From positions 177-64,176 of IMG/VR virus record IMGVR_UViG_3300042465_007707: 64,000 nucleotides of DNA. One strand, 5' to 3'. This document shows, piece after piece, positions 1 to 9,212 of the stretch; the stretch's first letter is position 1; every line of letters starts with the position of its first letter. The translations under genes and the position numbers were made by a program. Origin of the DNA: a virus (Duplodnaviria; Caudoviricetes). The notes beneath the pieces were generated by a model. That model worked only from the letters and a program-made list of their open reading frames with translations, was not told the origin of the DNA and made no database searches.

Positions 1-70
1 GACAGTAAACACTCTTATCCATTTCTTATATTATTTGTATAATTAATAAACAATTTAAAAAATAAACATC

Positions 71-295
71 ATGAAAAAGAACTTAGATTTATTGACAAAG
101 TTGCACTACGAGTTGAACTTAGACAACTTTTTTACAGCGGAGATTTATAGCCATAAAGTTAATCTATTAGGATGGCATACTCCAGAACTAGAAAAATTAT
201 TATTTGATAAAGGTTATCAGGTGGAATTTAAAGCAAGTCACAACCAATATGTTTACGATGAATTATTGTGTAAAATTACTCTTGCCGTAAAATAA
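71..295 (+). CDS. hypothetical protein
   Basis: ORF with ATG after A-rich leader; no recognisable motif. Confidence 0.7.
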   Translation: MKKNLDLLTKLHYELNLDNFFTAEIYSHKVNLLGWHTPELEKLLFDKGYQVEFKASHNQYVYDELLCKITLAVK

Positions 296-313
296 TCAAT
301 ATAGGAATATTGA

Positions 314-380
314 AGGTAACGGTTACAGCTATACGTCAGGTTTTGTTTTTCACAAAACTTGCGTATAGGTGGTGTTAGCA
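314..380 (+). other. attC-like recombination site
   Basis: AGGTAAC(314-320)...GTTAGCA(374-380) flanking an imperfect hairpin ctatacg[t]caggttttgt / acaaaacttgcgtatag with one extrahelical base. Confidence 0.6.
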
Positions 381-415
381 GTAGTACGGATTATTAACAA
401 ACAAATTATATAAAG

Positions 416-703
416 ATGGAAAATAATGAAAAAGAACATACGTTAATTGACAATGATTATTGGAAAAGTGGCGAATGGAAGCAACCACCTGTGAAAATAA
501 AACACGGAGATTTAGTAGATGTTAAATGTGAAAACTACCCAATTATGCTTGGTAGGTATATTGGAAAAGGATTGGGTGTTGTTGAATTGTATAATTATGC
601 AACAGGTGTTAGTTACCATATTGGTAATGTTGTTTCAAGAGGATTAGATAGAAACCCACGCTTAATATCTGATGAAAATTTATTTGAGTTTATAAACGAT
701 TAA
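416..703 (+). CDS. hypothetical protein (cassette ORF 1)
   Basis: ORF inside the attC-flanked segment. Confidence 0.7.
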   Translation: MENNEKEHTLIDNDYWKSGEWKQPPVKIKHGDLVDVKCENYPIMLGRYIGKGLGVVELYNYATGVSYHIGNVVSRGLDRNPRLISDENLFEFIND

Positions 704-713
704 AAAATATAAT

Positions 714-1031
714 ATGAAATTAGGAGAATTTATCGAAAATTTTAGCCACAATAATGTGATTAGACTTGTGTACAAAAACAAAGGTGGACACGAAGTGGTA
801 TTGGAAGAATGGAACGATGTTTCAATGGATTGGGAAGTAAATAAACAGAAAGGGAAATTTCGACATTTCATAAACAATGAAGTGCTTGGACTTGCAACTA
901 TCTCATTTGGTTATGGAACTGGAATACATCACTCTGATGCTTTAAATATTATAATCGAAAAGTTAGACAACCAACCTTGTTTAGATGAAGTTATTGAAGA
1001 GCAAAATTGTCATTCCGAAGCAGTATCGTAG
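714..1031 (+). CDS. hypothetical protein (cassette ORF 2)
   Basis: ORF whose stop abuts the inverse core site. Confidence 0.75.
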   Translation: MKLGEFIENFSHNNVIRLVYKNKGGHEVVLEEWNDVSMDWEVNKQKGKFRHFINNEVLGLATISFGYGTGIHHSDALNIIIEKLDNQPCLDEVIEEQNCHSEAVS

Positions 1032-1104
1032 TATTACTGCTAACTAGCTGCTACCCGAACAATAGCGTATAAATGTTGTATAACCGATATAAAAAATAAA
1101 TAAA

Positions 1105-1410
1105 ATGGCTTTAATTGAGATTGACGGATATTGTAAAAATGAAGATATATTTAACAATTCGGAAACGCCTAGAGCGTACATAGGTTCTTACTTTAAAATA
1201 ACAAAATTAAAGAATAAATTTCTTTTGAATACTTCGGAAATGAAAAGGGTTCTTAAATCAAACGAATACGATTATTCAGTAAATACGGATAGGGATTTAG
1301 GCTTATATTTGATTATAATAGTTAAAGATGAAAAGAAAGAATATTTTTGTAACATATTTGACAATGAAGAAGAAAGAGATAAGTTTTTTAATAGTTTAAT
1401 TGGTAAATAA
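1105..1410 (+). CDS. hypothetical protein
   Basis: ORF with A-rich leader; TAATG-coupled to next gene. Confidence 0.7.
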   Translation: MALIEIDGYCKNEDIFNNSETPRAYIGSYFKITKLKNKFLLNTSEMKRVLKSNEYDYSVNTDRDLGLYLIIIVKDEKKEYFCNIFDNEEERDKFFNSLIGK

Positions 1411-1787
1411 TGAGATTCACAGAAAAACAATTTGAAGTATTCGAAGCCAAAATGATTGAAGGTGGATATGTAAAAAGAAATTACAAGTTCAAGTCTGAAA
1501 GTTTCGGTTTTTGGAAAACATTCCATAAAAGTTACGATGAAGAAACGGAAGATAAACAGATAGGTTATCAATTAGCTATTTTAGTATGGGATTGGCGTGA
1601 ACACAGCCAATTTGATCCAATTTTAAACGAATACCCTTATGGAGTTCAATTAGATTTTATAGCAGGAAATAAAGCAACACCAGATGGAAGATTCGATTTT
1701 ACTATTTCAGATGAAAAATGTACGGTTGAAAAACTTGAAAGTATTGCAGAAAGGATTTATCAATTGTTATTAACCGATTTTAAATAG
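1410..1787 (+). CDS. hypothetical protein
   Basis: Translationally coupled ORF. Confidence 0.75.
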   Translation: MRFTEKQFEVFEAKMIEGGYVKRNYKFKSESFGFWKTFHKSYDEETEDKQIGYQLAILVWDWREHSQFDPILNEYPYGVQLDFIAGNKATPDGRFDFTISDEKCTVEKLESIAERIYQLLLTDFK

Positions 1788-1793
1788 AAAGGC

Positions 1794-2177
1794 ATGAAAG
1801 CGATAGTAAAACTAATTAATAAAGAACCATTTTTGATTGTAGAAAATGGAAATGATTCAAAAGCAAAATTATGTGAAGAATCTTTAGCGTGGATCAAAAA
1901 ATATTCCACTTTATTAGAAAGCAAAGGTGTTGTATTTGATGTTTCTTTAACAGGTATGGGTTCTGGATATACTTTTTATTCGATATATCAAGTGATGAAT
2001 TTTTACTACTTGAAATTTTCAAAAACTGAATTGTTTGTATGTAACGATTCCGAAAGCACAAATGGTTTAGGTGTTACTGAAAAAGAAAACAAAGCAACTA
2101 GATTTACTTTTGATGTGGCTAGAGCTTTAAGAGAGGTGATACAACAATCGACAGAGGTTGTAAAAATAACTTATTAG
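1794..2177 (+). CDS. hypothetical protein
   Basis: Last ORF of the + strand unit, before a terminator. Confidence 0.7.
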   Translation: MKAIVKLINKEPFLIVENGNDSKAKLCEESLAWIKKYSTLLESKGVVFDVSLTGMGSGYTFYSIYQVMNFYYLKFSKTELFVCNDSESTNGLGVTEKENKATRFTFDVARALREVIQQSTEVVKITY

Positions 2178-2188
2178 AAAAATAAAAT

Positions 2189-2212
2189 GGGAGTGTTTAG
2201 CTCCCTTTTTTT
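2189..2212. terminator. intrinsic terminator between converging units
   Basis: GGGAG-loop-CTCCC followed by T run, preceded by A-rich tract. Confidence 0.7.
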
Positions 2213-2229
2213 ATTGTTATCTGAAATTA

Positions 2230-2499
2230 TTAAACAGCTATATTATTAACGTTTCTGCTTGTTCCATTCTTATTATAACAAAAGAATCCTTCAGGAGCTT
2301 TTTTTAAATCAACTTCATTACCCTTGCTGTCATAACATTTGCCGTTATTATCTAAATCTTTGAAGCATGGAACGTTTGTTGGTATAGTTTGTCCACAAGC
2401 GTTTTTAGCTCCAACCGCTTCAGGCTTTTTTCTAGTGTATAAGTAATAAGCTCCACCTAGTAAAACTATTCCTAATATTATTTTTGTGTTTTTATCCAT
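2230..2499 (-). CDS. small membrane protein, N-terminal TM anchor, Cys-containing ectodomain
   Basis: IILGIVLLGGAYYLY followed by RKK; 4 Cys. Confidence 0.75.
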   Translation of the reverse strand: MDKNTKIILGIVLLGGAYYLYTRKKPEAVGAKNACGQTIPTNVPCFKDLDNNGKCYDSKGNEVDLKKAPEGFFCYNKNGTSRNVNNIAV

Positions 2500-2515
2500 C
2501 TTTAGTTGTTTTTAA

Positions 2516-3172
2516 TTATACCACTTGAGGCAAACTTGTTATTATTATATCTAATGCTCCGCCTTTACCCATCATTTTACGAATGTAATTTAGTGTTACT
2601 GAAGGTATATTTTTATAAATTTTTTCAGGTGTAGAAGTTGCTATTTTATTATTGTTAAAGCCTTTAAGTCCCCAATTATAATAAGGGATAACTCTATCCA
2701 TTCGAATAGTCCCATTAGCATCCTTTCCCCAAGGTTGATCTATGAGCTGACCTAAAATAATTGAACCTATTAAAATGTTAAGTTCAGGCTTTAGATTATC
2801 TACAACAGTTATAGCTCTTGTTTTACCATTTGCATTAAAATTAATTCCGTATGCAGATAATTTAGACTTTTCAGCGTCAGAAAGCCTTCCTGCCTTAAAT
2901 TCATTCTCTAATTGAGATTTCATGTACGAAACATTTGCTTGCATCAAGTTTTTAGTATATCCTTTTCCTGCGTTATAGATGCCTCCACTTTCAACAACGC
3001 TAAAAGCTAACAAAACTGAAACAGGAATATTACTTTGAGCTGCTGCAAATTGAAAAAATTTAGAATACTTATTCCAAGTACCTTCTATTTGTCCTTTAAT
3101 AGAACTATAGCTCCCCCAAGAAGAAGGTGAAGTTAATCCTTTTGTCGGTACATTTAACGTTAATACAGCCAT
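2516..3172 (-). CDS. lytic transglycosylase (SLT/GH23-like)
   Basis: VESGG catalytic Glu motif, LMQ, PELNILIG, YNWG motifs. Confidence 0.75.
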   Translation of the reverse strand: MAVLTLNVPTKGLTSPSSWGSYSSIKGQIEGTWNKYSKFFQFAAAQSNIPVSVLLAFSVVESGGIYNAGKGYTKNLMQANVSYMKSQLENEFKAGRLSDAEKSKLSAYGINFNANGKTRAITVVDNLKPELNILIGSIILGQLIDQPWGKDANGTIRMDRVIPYYNWGLKGFNNNKIATSTPEKIYKNIPSVTLNYIRKMMGKGGALDIIITSLPQVV

Positions 3173-3174
3173 TT

Positions 3175-3342
3175 TTAATTTCTTTTAATTAATATTTGTC
3201 TATTTTTTTTGTTACCAATAGGTAATTGAAGTAATTTCCATCCTTCATTGTTTTTCTTTTTTATGTAAACATAAATTCCTAGACCTATACCTGCTAAAGA
3301 TATTAATCCAGTTATAATTAATGCTTTTCTACTTATTGCCAT
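3175..3342 (-). CDS. small membrane protein (55 aa, not in ORF track)
   Basis: MAISRKALIITGLISLAGIGLGIYVYIKKK...; TACATTTG promoter element at 3362-3369. Confidence 0.7.
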   Translation of the reverse strand: MAISRKALIITGLISLAGIGLGIYVYIKKKNNEGWKLLQLPIGNKKNRQILIKRN

Positions 3343-3506
3343 AATAATAATTATTTATATACAAATGTACTATTATTAAATCTTTTTACAAAAAAAAACC
3401 TTGCTAAATAAATAACAAGGTCAAAACTATATTAATAAAAAGGAAAGTAATTATTTAAGTATAGTTTTATTTTTTATCCTAAGTCGTACCACGCAAATAG
3501 GATTTA

Positions 3507-3737
3507 TTATTTATCTTTTGTTTTAAAAATTTCATCAAAATCAATACTATTTATTACTAATAATGTTTCGATAACTATTATTGATAAAGATACTGCCGTA
3601 TTAAATATTGGCGTAAATATCAAAAAATAATCACTAACCATAGGTTTTGTTCTGTGTGATGTTATATCTGTAAATAAATATATTAAATTTATTACCAAGC
3701 TAATAACATAGATTATTAATACTGTTTTAAGAATCAT
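3507..3737 (-). CDS. small membrane protein, two hydrophobic segments
   Basis: Two hydrophobic stretches; ATGA overlap with upstream gene. Confidence 0.65.
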   Translation of the reverse strand: MILKTVLIIYVISLVINLIYLFTDITSHRTKPMVSDYFLIFTPIFNTAVSLSIIVIETLLVINSIDFDEIFKTKDK

Positions 3738-4108
3738 TTTTTTTCTGTTTTTATAAAATCGTTTTCAATTTTCATTTTTTTACTACAGCACATTATAATA
3801 AATTCATTTATTTCTACAATGTTTTTTTCAAATTCAAGAGATTTTTTCCTTTTTTTAACATAAAAAATAACAGTAGAGTGATGTAAATTTAAAGCAACAC
3901 CAATCTTTTCAAGAGTTTTATATTTTTTAAACTTAGTATTATTTCTTACCCAAAACATTAATAAGAAATGAACCTTGTCTTTTAAATGTTGAATCCGATT
4001 CCTTTTATTTAATTTAAACTTTAAAATTGATCTTTCTAACACGAAGTCATAATCTTTACCTGTGTTTGTATTCACACTTTTAAGTGCTTCATTCCTGTAC
4101 TTACCCAT
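3734..4108 (-). CDS. HTH protein, DnaA C-terminal-like
   Basis: TLEKIGVALNLHHSTVIFY resembles the DnaA domain IV signature; start moved to 4108 because the promoter (4128-4135) and ACGACAAG motif (4112-4119) lie inside the longer ORF. Confidence 0.6.
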   Translation of the reverse strand: MGKYRNEALKSVNTNTGKDYDFVLERSILKFKLNKRNRIQHLKDKVHFLLMFWVRNNTKFKKYKTLEKIGVALNLHHSTVIFYVKKRKKSLEFEKNIVEINEFIIMCCSKKMKIENDFIKTEKK

Positions 4109-4258
4109 AATCTTGTCGTTTATGGAGCAAATGTAATAATAAATTTGATTCAACAATATGTTTTTGCACATTATTTTCTTGAAAACACAAATAGGAGCAT
4201 AAAGCCCCTATTTATCTTACCTATCATATTTCATCTTAGTATTATCAGTACAAATATA

Positions 4259-4804
4259 CTAATTTATTTTAATTGCTTTATTTATTTGACGTACATAATC
4301 CTGAGGGAAAAATAGATTATTCATATCTTCCAATACGAATATCATTTCTAAATCTACAGCATAAGGCAAAACAAACATTGAGCAAATATCTCTATTGTAA
4401 ATTTTTGTAGTTTTTAATTTAAAGCCAAACCATCTATTTAATACGGCTTTTGCTCCATTTATAAAGTCATATTTTATTTTTACCGAATCCTGCTTTTGTA
4501 GAATTTTACTCAGAGATTTATTAATTAAATGTTGAGTTTTTGTTGATCTAACTATAGTGAAATCAGAATAACCTTCAATTCTTTCAGAAAGTCTTTCTGG
4601 ATGAACTCCGTTTCCATTTGAATCAATTAAGAATAAAGCCCCACAAATATTTCCTACAACTCCAACATGATTATAATAAGCTTCCGAATCAGACTCTTGT
4701 ATTATTTTAGAAAGTAATTTATGACCTCTAAATAGAATTAAATCTCCTTGCTTAATTTCAGGACGTAACCGAGCGTACTTTTCTTTGATAAAATTTGAAT
4801 CCAT
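4259..4804 (-). CDS. permuted papain-like NlpC/P60 enzyme (YiiX/YebB/LRAT-like)
   Basis: GDLILF, NHVGVV (His), KYDF, ICS (Cys) in permuted order. Confidence 0.75.
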   Translation of the reverse strand: MDSNFIKEKYARLRPEIKQGDLILFRGHKLLSKIIQESDSEAYYNHVGVVGNICGALFLIDSNGNGVHPERLSERIEGYSDFTIVRSTKTQHLINKSLSKILQKQDSVKIKYDFINGAKAVLNRWFGFKLKTTKIYNRDICSMFVLPYAVDLEMIFVLEDMNNLFFPQDYVRQINKAIKIN

Positions 4805-4805
4805 G

Positions 4806-5408
4806 TTATTTGTTTTTTCGCAAATATATTAATCCGCCTGCAATAATACCAATAATAATTAATGAAATTGATATATTTTTAACAGTTTCAAGTTTTTTAA
4901 ATTTTAAATAACTAGCATCAACTGAATCTTTAACTGAATTATAAACCTGAGTAACTGTGTCGGCATAGTTGGTACTAGTTGCGTATCCTGCTTTCTTCAA
5001 TTCACTCGCTTGTTCACTTACTGTTTTAACCTTTAAAACGTTTGAAAAACGAGGGTTTTCTTTTAAAAGCTTAACATAATCCTCAATTGAATCTTTTATG
5101 CTGTTATAAGCCCTGAAATCAGCATTAACAATTACCTTTTTACCTTTAATTACTTCGCCAGTATCAATGTTATAAGTTTTTCCACTCCATTTTGTAGAAC
5201 TCTTTATTCCGAAAAAATTATTTGATTTACGACTTAGTTTTGATCCACCTACCTTCCAATCACCGTTTTCATCTGTTCCAGAACTTTCTAAAATAGCTTG
5301 AGCGATTAGAGTTCCTGCTAATATTCCTGTACCTTTTACAGTTTTGTGAATAAAAGCTCCGTATTTATCAATAAATTCAGCTCTGGTATATGTATTTGAA
5401 GTACTCAA
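4806..5408 (-). CDS. GH73 (FlgJ-like) glucosaminidase/muramidase with C-terminal TM anchor
   Basis: AQAILES, NNFFGIK, FRAY, GYAT..Y motifs; C-terminal ISLIIIGIIAGGLIYL-RKNK; TTG start. Confidence 0.85.
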   Translation of the reverse strand: MSTSNTYTRAEFIDKYGAFIHKTVKGTGILAGTLIAQAILESSGTDENGDWKVGGSKLSRKSNNFFGIKSSTKWSGKTYNIDTGEVIKGKKVIVNADFRAYNSIKDSIEDYVKLLKENPRFSNVLKVKTVSEQASELKKAGYATSTNYADTVTQVYNSVKDSVDASYLKFKKLETVKNISISLIIIGIIAGGLIYLRKNK

Positions 5409-5417
5409 AATATTAAT

Positions 5418-5549
5418 TTAATTACAAGCTCCGCAAACAGAACTTTTTGTTTCTGTAATAGGTGCGATAACTTCTTTTTTTCTTTTTGTATATAAGTAAA
5501 TAGCTGCGCCAACTAAAGCAATTCCTATTATTAAATTTTTATTTTCCAT
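5418..5549 (-). CDS. small membrane protein (43 aa, not in ORF track)
   Basis: MENKNLIIGIALVGAAIYLYTKRKK...CGAC; N-terminus similar to 2230..2499. Confidence 0.7.
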   Translation of the reverse strand: MENKNLIIGIALVGAAIYLYTKRKKEVIAPITETKSSVCGACN

Positions 5550-5559
5550 TTTATTTTAT

Positions 5560-5925
5560 TTATAAATCTACTCCTTCAACTCCGTTTTCATTTGATACAG
5601 CACTCTCAACCCCTACAGCCTTTTCCGTTTCAGTTGGTTTTGCTTCAGCTTGTGGTTGTGCAGGTTGCTCTTTGTTTGCTTTATGCTTATTCCAAATGTA
5701 ATATAAAGCAGAACCTACGATAATTAATCCAATTATAAATTTACCCTTTTTAGTGAAAAATGGAACTTCTTTTTTTATTGGCGCAACATCTTCAATATCT
5801 GTATCATCTATCGGAATATCAATATCTTTAACTACAGCATCTTTTGGATTTGAACCGTCGCTACTCATCATTCTTTCCATATATTGAGTGCCTGTTGGAT
5901 GACCGTTTATTGAAAAATTATTCAT
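5560..5925 (-). CDS. single-pass membrane protein
   Basis: Central FIIGLIIVGSALYYIW segment; MMSSDG motif variant. Confidence 0.75.
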   Translation of the reverse strand: MNNFSINGHPTGTQYMERMMSSDGSNPKDAVVKDIDIPIDDTDIEDVAPIKKEVPFFTKKGKFIIGLIIVGSALYYIWNKHKANKEQPAQPQAEAKPTETEKAVGVESAVSNENGVEGVDL

Positions 5926-6425
5926 TACACATTATTATTAATTCGGTAATTACGAATGTTTGCAATTGCATTTAAAACGCCTAAAGTAATAAGTCCGTAA
6001 CGAACATATTTGTTTTGAATTTCAGTTCTTGTTCCTGCATAAATTAAAGCTCCTGAAATGACAACTGTACTTACAACTCTAGCTCTTTGACTTTGCTTGT
6101 ACTCTGTAGTTGTAACATCTGTATTACTTCCAATTCCATCAGCATTTATAAACTGATTAATACCTTTTTTTTCACGAAGTTTTCGCTTCATTTTAACTGC
6201 ACGAATCATTTCTTTACTTCCATCTGTAGGAATTATCTTCCATTGAACAGTATCATTTTTATCAGTTGTTTTTTTATACGCAACTGAATCAACGTTTTTC
6301 TTCGCTAAAGAAATAGCCTCTTCACCGTCAACGAATGTTTTTGAAAACATAAAGTTTGGATCTTGACCAATCCAATCAACTTTATATACCGATACTGGCT
6401 TTTGTTTTTGTCTATTTAAACTCAT
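5925..6425 (-). CDS. membrane protein with two C-terminal hydrophobic segments
   Basis: FINADG motif; two hydrophobic helices at C-terminus. Confidence 0.75.
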   Translation of the reverse strand: MSLNRQKQKPVSVYKVDWIGQDPNFMFSKTFVDGEEAISLAKKNVDSVAYKKTTDKNDTVQWKIIPTDGSKEMIRAVKMKRKLREKKGINQFINADGIGSNTDVTTTEYKQSQRARVVSTVVISGALIYAGTRTEIQNKYVRYGLITLGVLNAIANIRNYRINNNV

Positions 6426-7096
6426 TAATTTTTGTATTTTAATTGTGCAAAATGCACAGGGTTTAACAATTTATTACTATCTGTCAATGGTACGTTTGTT
6501 TGTGCTACTGTATTGGATAAATTACCCCCTTGAGTAACTGCATAATTTTTACCATTTATTTTTTTAATGTCAACTACAATGTCACCATGAGATAAAACTC
6601 CACTATTTATTGTGTCTAAGCTAGGATTAGTTCCTGCTCTTCCTTTTACTAGAATATCACCAACTTCAACCGCTTTATTCTCACTAGATTTATAAGCCCA
6701 ATAAGATTTATTTAATTCATTTAATCTGTTCTTTTTTGCATCCACAACATATCCTGAATGTGTTGATTTTGGATTGAAATTTCTATAACCAGACTTATCC
6801 ACTAAATGACTAATATAAACAGCCGACCAAGGGTAACTTAAATGTGTACTCGTTTGCTGCATCTGTTTATTTGTAAAATCCATTCCTGCTAATTTCCAAT
6901 AACCAACTAAATCGCTACTCATTGAAGGATCAGTTTCTGTTTTACCTTTCCAACGTCTTAAATCTTTTTTAGCTAAAAATTGTAATTTAGTATGGTTAAT
7001 TATAAACCTTCTAAAAACATACGAAACAAGAAGAACGGAAGCAACCGAAACCGCAACCGTAATTAATTCTTTTTTATGTTCTTTTACAAAACTCAA
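6425..7096 (-). CDS. DUF2272 (CHAP-related) protein with N-terminal TM anchor
   Basis: YW, PWSAVYIS, GDILV, SHGDIVV, GGNLSNTV motifs; TTG start. Confidence 0.75.
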   Translation of the reverse strand: MSFVKEHKKELITVAVSVASVLLVSYVFRRFIINHTKLQFLAKKDLRRWKGKTETDPSMSSDLVGYWKLAGMDFTNKQMQQTSTHLSYPWSAVYISHLVDKSGYRNFNPKSTHSGYVVDAKKNRLNELNKSYWAYKSSENKAVEVGDILVKGRAGTNPSLDTINSGVLSHGDIVVDIKKINGKNYAVTQGGNLSNTVAQTNVPLTDSNKLLNPVHFAQLKYKN

Positions 7097-7680
7097 ACTA
7101 TTCTAAATGTTTTTAAAATTACGCCTAATATAAATCCGAAACAAATAAGTAAGATTCCAAAAAACCAATATTTTATTCGAGAAAAAATTCTACTGATTAA
7201 TGATCCATTGTTTATAGATTTTCCTTTTGATTCTTTTCTTAATGAAGTCCTGCTTGTTCTTCCAGACTGTTTGATAAATACCTTTTCATTTTTACCATCA
7301 ATTCTAGTTTTAAGTCTTTTTTGACGTGCTTCTAGTCTAATCTCCTGACGTGTTTTATGAATTATAATCGTATCGTATATTGTAATGAATTTAGTCTTTA
7401 AAATCGTATCAATTAATTGTTGTTTTATTTCGTACTGAACCTTAATAGAATCGTTTACATTGTAAGCAATAATAGTAATATATTTATCGTCCACGAAAAC
7501 AGTATCTAAACCTTTTGCCTCTCCTTTAACTTCTTTACTTTTTACTGTAACAGTATCAACTTTTTCTTTTAAAATTGTTGGATCTTTTTTTACAGCTTTT
7601 TCTATTAACTTTGAAGCCGAACAGCTATTGATTAAATAGAATATAATCGAAATTATAAGTATGTAAAGTATTTTTCTCAT
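7093..7680 (-). CDS. putative unimolecular spanin (lipoprotein with C-terminal TM)
   Basis: Signal peptide ending INSC; C-terminal hydrophobic helix; directly downstream of endolysin. Confidence 0.55.
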   Translation of the reverse strand: MRKILYILIISIIFYLINSCSASKLIEKAVKKDPTILKEKVDTVTVKSKEVKGEAKGLDTVFVDDKYITIIAYNVNDSIKVQYEIKQQLIDTILKTKFITIYDTIIIHKTRQEIRLEARQKRLKTRIDGKNEKVFIKQSGRTSRTSLRKESKGKSINNGSLISRIFSRIKYWFFGILLICFGFILGVILKTFRIV

Positions 7681-8117
7681 TTTTTTACGAATAAATCAGC
7701 TTCTAATTTTCTTCTTTTAACAAGCCCATTTAGTACTTTACCTCCACCTTTAATATAATTTGCAACCCACCAATCGTAAACGTGTTCAGATTTATTGTTT
7801 ATTAAAGAAAATAAAGTTTTTGAGCTTCCACAATTCCAACAAAAAGAAACCAAAGCATCAAATTGATTTTGATTTAATGTAACTTTGATATTGGTGTCAA
7901 CTGTTTTTTCGTATTTAGGCAATAGACTTAAAAGCAATTCTTCTGCTCTTGCTTGAGTTATAACATCTCCTAGTTTAAACTTGCTACCATCTGCTCTAGT
8001 CGTATTTCCATAACCAATAGTTATTGGTAAATTACCAGTCGCAGGATCAGGATACGCCTTTAAGCTGCAACCTTCAAATTTTTTAATTAAATCTATACCT
8101 GATTGACTTGTTTTCAT
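7677..8117 (-). CDS. endolysin, GH24 lysozyme
   Basis: IKKFEG, AYPD, TIGYG, NQNQFDALVSF, GLVKRRKLE; start moved to 8117 because TATCTTTG promoter lies at 8142-8149. Confidence 0.9.
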   Translation of the reverse strand: MKTSQSGIDLIKKFEGCSLKAYPDPATGNLPITIGYGNTTRADGSKFKLGDVITQARAEELLLSLLPKYEKTVDTNIKVTLNQNQFDALVSFCWNCGSSKTLFSLINNKSEHVYDWWVANYIKGGGKVLNGLVKRRKLEADLFVKK

Positions 8118-8180
8118 AAAATATCTTTTCAGTTTACCCATCAAAGATAAGCACTTAAAAAGTTTTTATAAAATTAAAAA

Positions 8181-8363
8181 TTATTTTTCGAATTTTTCTG
8201 ACAATACTTCTCTGAAAATAATTTTTTTATTGTCCGATTCTGTTTTATTGTTGAGTAAATTAAAATGAAAAATATCAACAATACCATAATAGCAATTAAT
8301 ACACTTACAACGACTACTTTTGCTATGACCTGATAATACAATTCTAAAATTATTCATTATCAT
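8181..8363 (-). CDS. hypothetical protein
   Basis: Short ORF between holin and endolysin; start overlaps holin stop. Confidence 0.35.
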   Translation of the reverse strand: MIMNNFRIVLSGHSKSSRCKCINCYYGIVDIFHFNLLNNKTESDNKKIIFREVLSEKFEK

Positions 8364-8814
8364 TTTTTATAACATCGTCAAAATCTTTTTTAATCTTTTT
8401 TGCTCTACCTAGCATAGATTTAATTTTTTCCCAAATATTTACACCTGTTGCTGCTTCAATATTTTCCGAGATACTTAATAACTCAATACCAACTAATAAT
8501 GTAGCAACAACTTTTGTTAAAAATAAAGGAATTGAAGTGAATATCAATATAAAATCACCAACTAAAAACTTTTCTAAAGCGAAAAATAAGATTACCGAAG
8601 CTTGATACAATACCATTTTAGATACTATAGAAGATAAACCTTTGCTAGTTATTTTAGTACCTTCCTTTTTACATTTCCAAACACCGAAAATTGTATCTAA
8701 AAATATCATTAATCCAACCAATATAAGTAATGGTTTAATAGGCATTAAAAACGCACTTAAAATAATTAATATTTTATCAAGTGTGATTCTTTTTAATAGA
8801 GCAATTTTCATCAT
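8350..8814 (-). CDS. holin (phage holin 4-like)
   Basis: 3 TM segments, LDTIFG, ITSKGL, IELLSISEN motifs; upstream of endolysin. Confidence 0.85.
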   Translation of the reverse strand: MMKIALLKRITLDKILIILSAFLMPIKPLLILVGLMIFLDTIFGVWKCKKEGTKITSKGLSSIVSKMVLYQASVILFFALEKFLVGDFILIFTSIPLFLTKVVATLLVGIELLSISENIEAATGVNIWEKIKSMLGRAKKIKKDFDDVIKNDNE

Positions 8815-8929
8815 AATTTTAACTTCTTAGATCAAAAGTAGAAATTATAAATTCATTTATAAAATTTTTAGTTGAATTAAATGAAAAAAGCCACCATATA
8901 GGTAGCTTTTTCAATAGTTTTAGATAAAA

Positions 8930-9151
8930 TTATGCTTGTGTTTCCGTAGAAATTTCAGATACAAACACTCTAGGGTAATTACCTTTAGTAGTTACAACTA
9001 CTTCAGCACTTAATGTTAAGTTGTATTTTTCTAAAATAGCTTCAACTTCATTAATAGCATTTTTGTAATCTTCTTCTCTAGTGTTTTCAGTATTCGTTGT
9101 TGTTTCTACTGTCATCGTTGGTGTAGGCATTTCCATTACTTTAGTTTCCAT
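8930..9151 (-). CDS. hypothetical protein
   Basis: Own TATATTTG promoter (9177-9184) and downstream hairpin near 8885-8912. Confidence 0.7.
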   Translation of the reverse strand: METKVMEMPTPTMTVETTTNTENTREEDYKNAINEVEAILEKYNLTLSAEVVVTTKGNYPRVFVSEISTETQA

Positions 9152-9212
9152 AATTTTGTCTTTTAAGTTTGAAATGCAAATATACTAAAATAATTGATTG
9201 AGAATATTTTAA

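Larger units (their letters stand above)
374..1044 (+). mobile_element. integron-like gene cassette carrying two ORFs
   Basis: Starts GTTAGCAGTAGTAC (374-387) and ends with its near-perfect inverse GTATTACTGCTAAC (1031-1044), which begins at the last base of the stop codon of ORF 714..1031. Confidence 0.55.
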
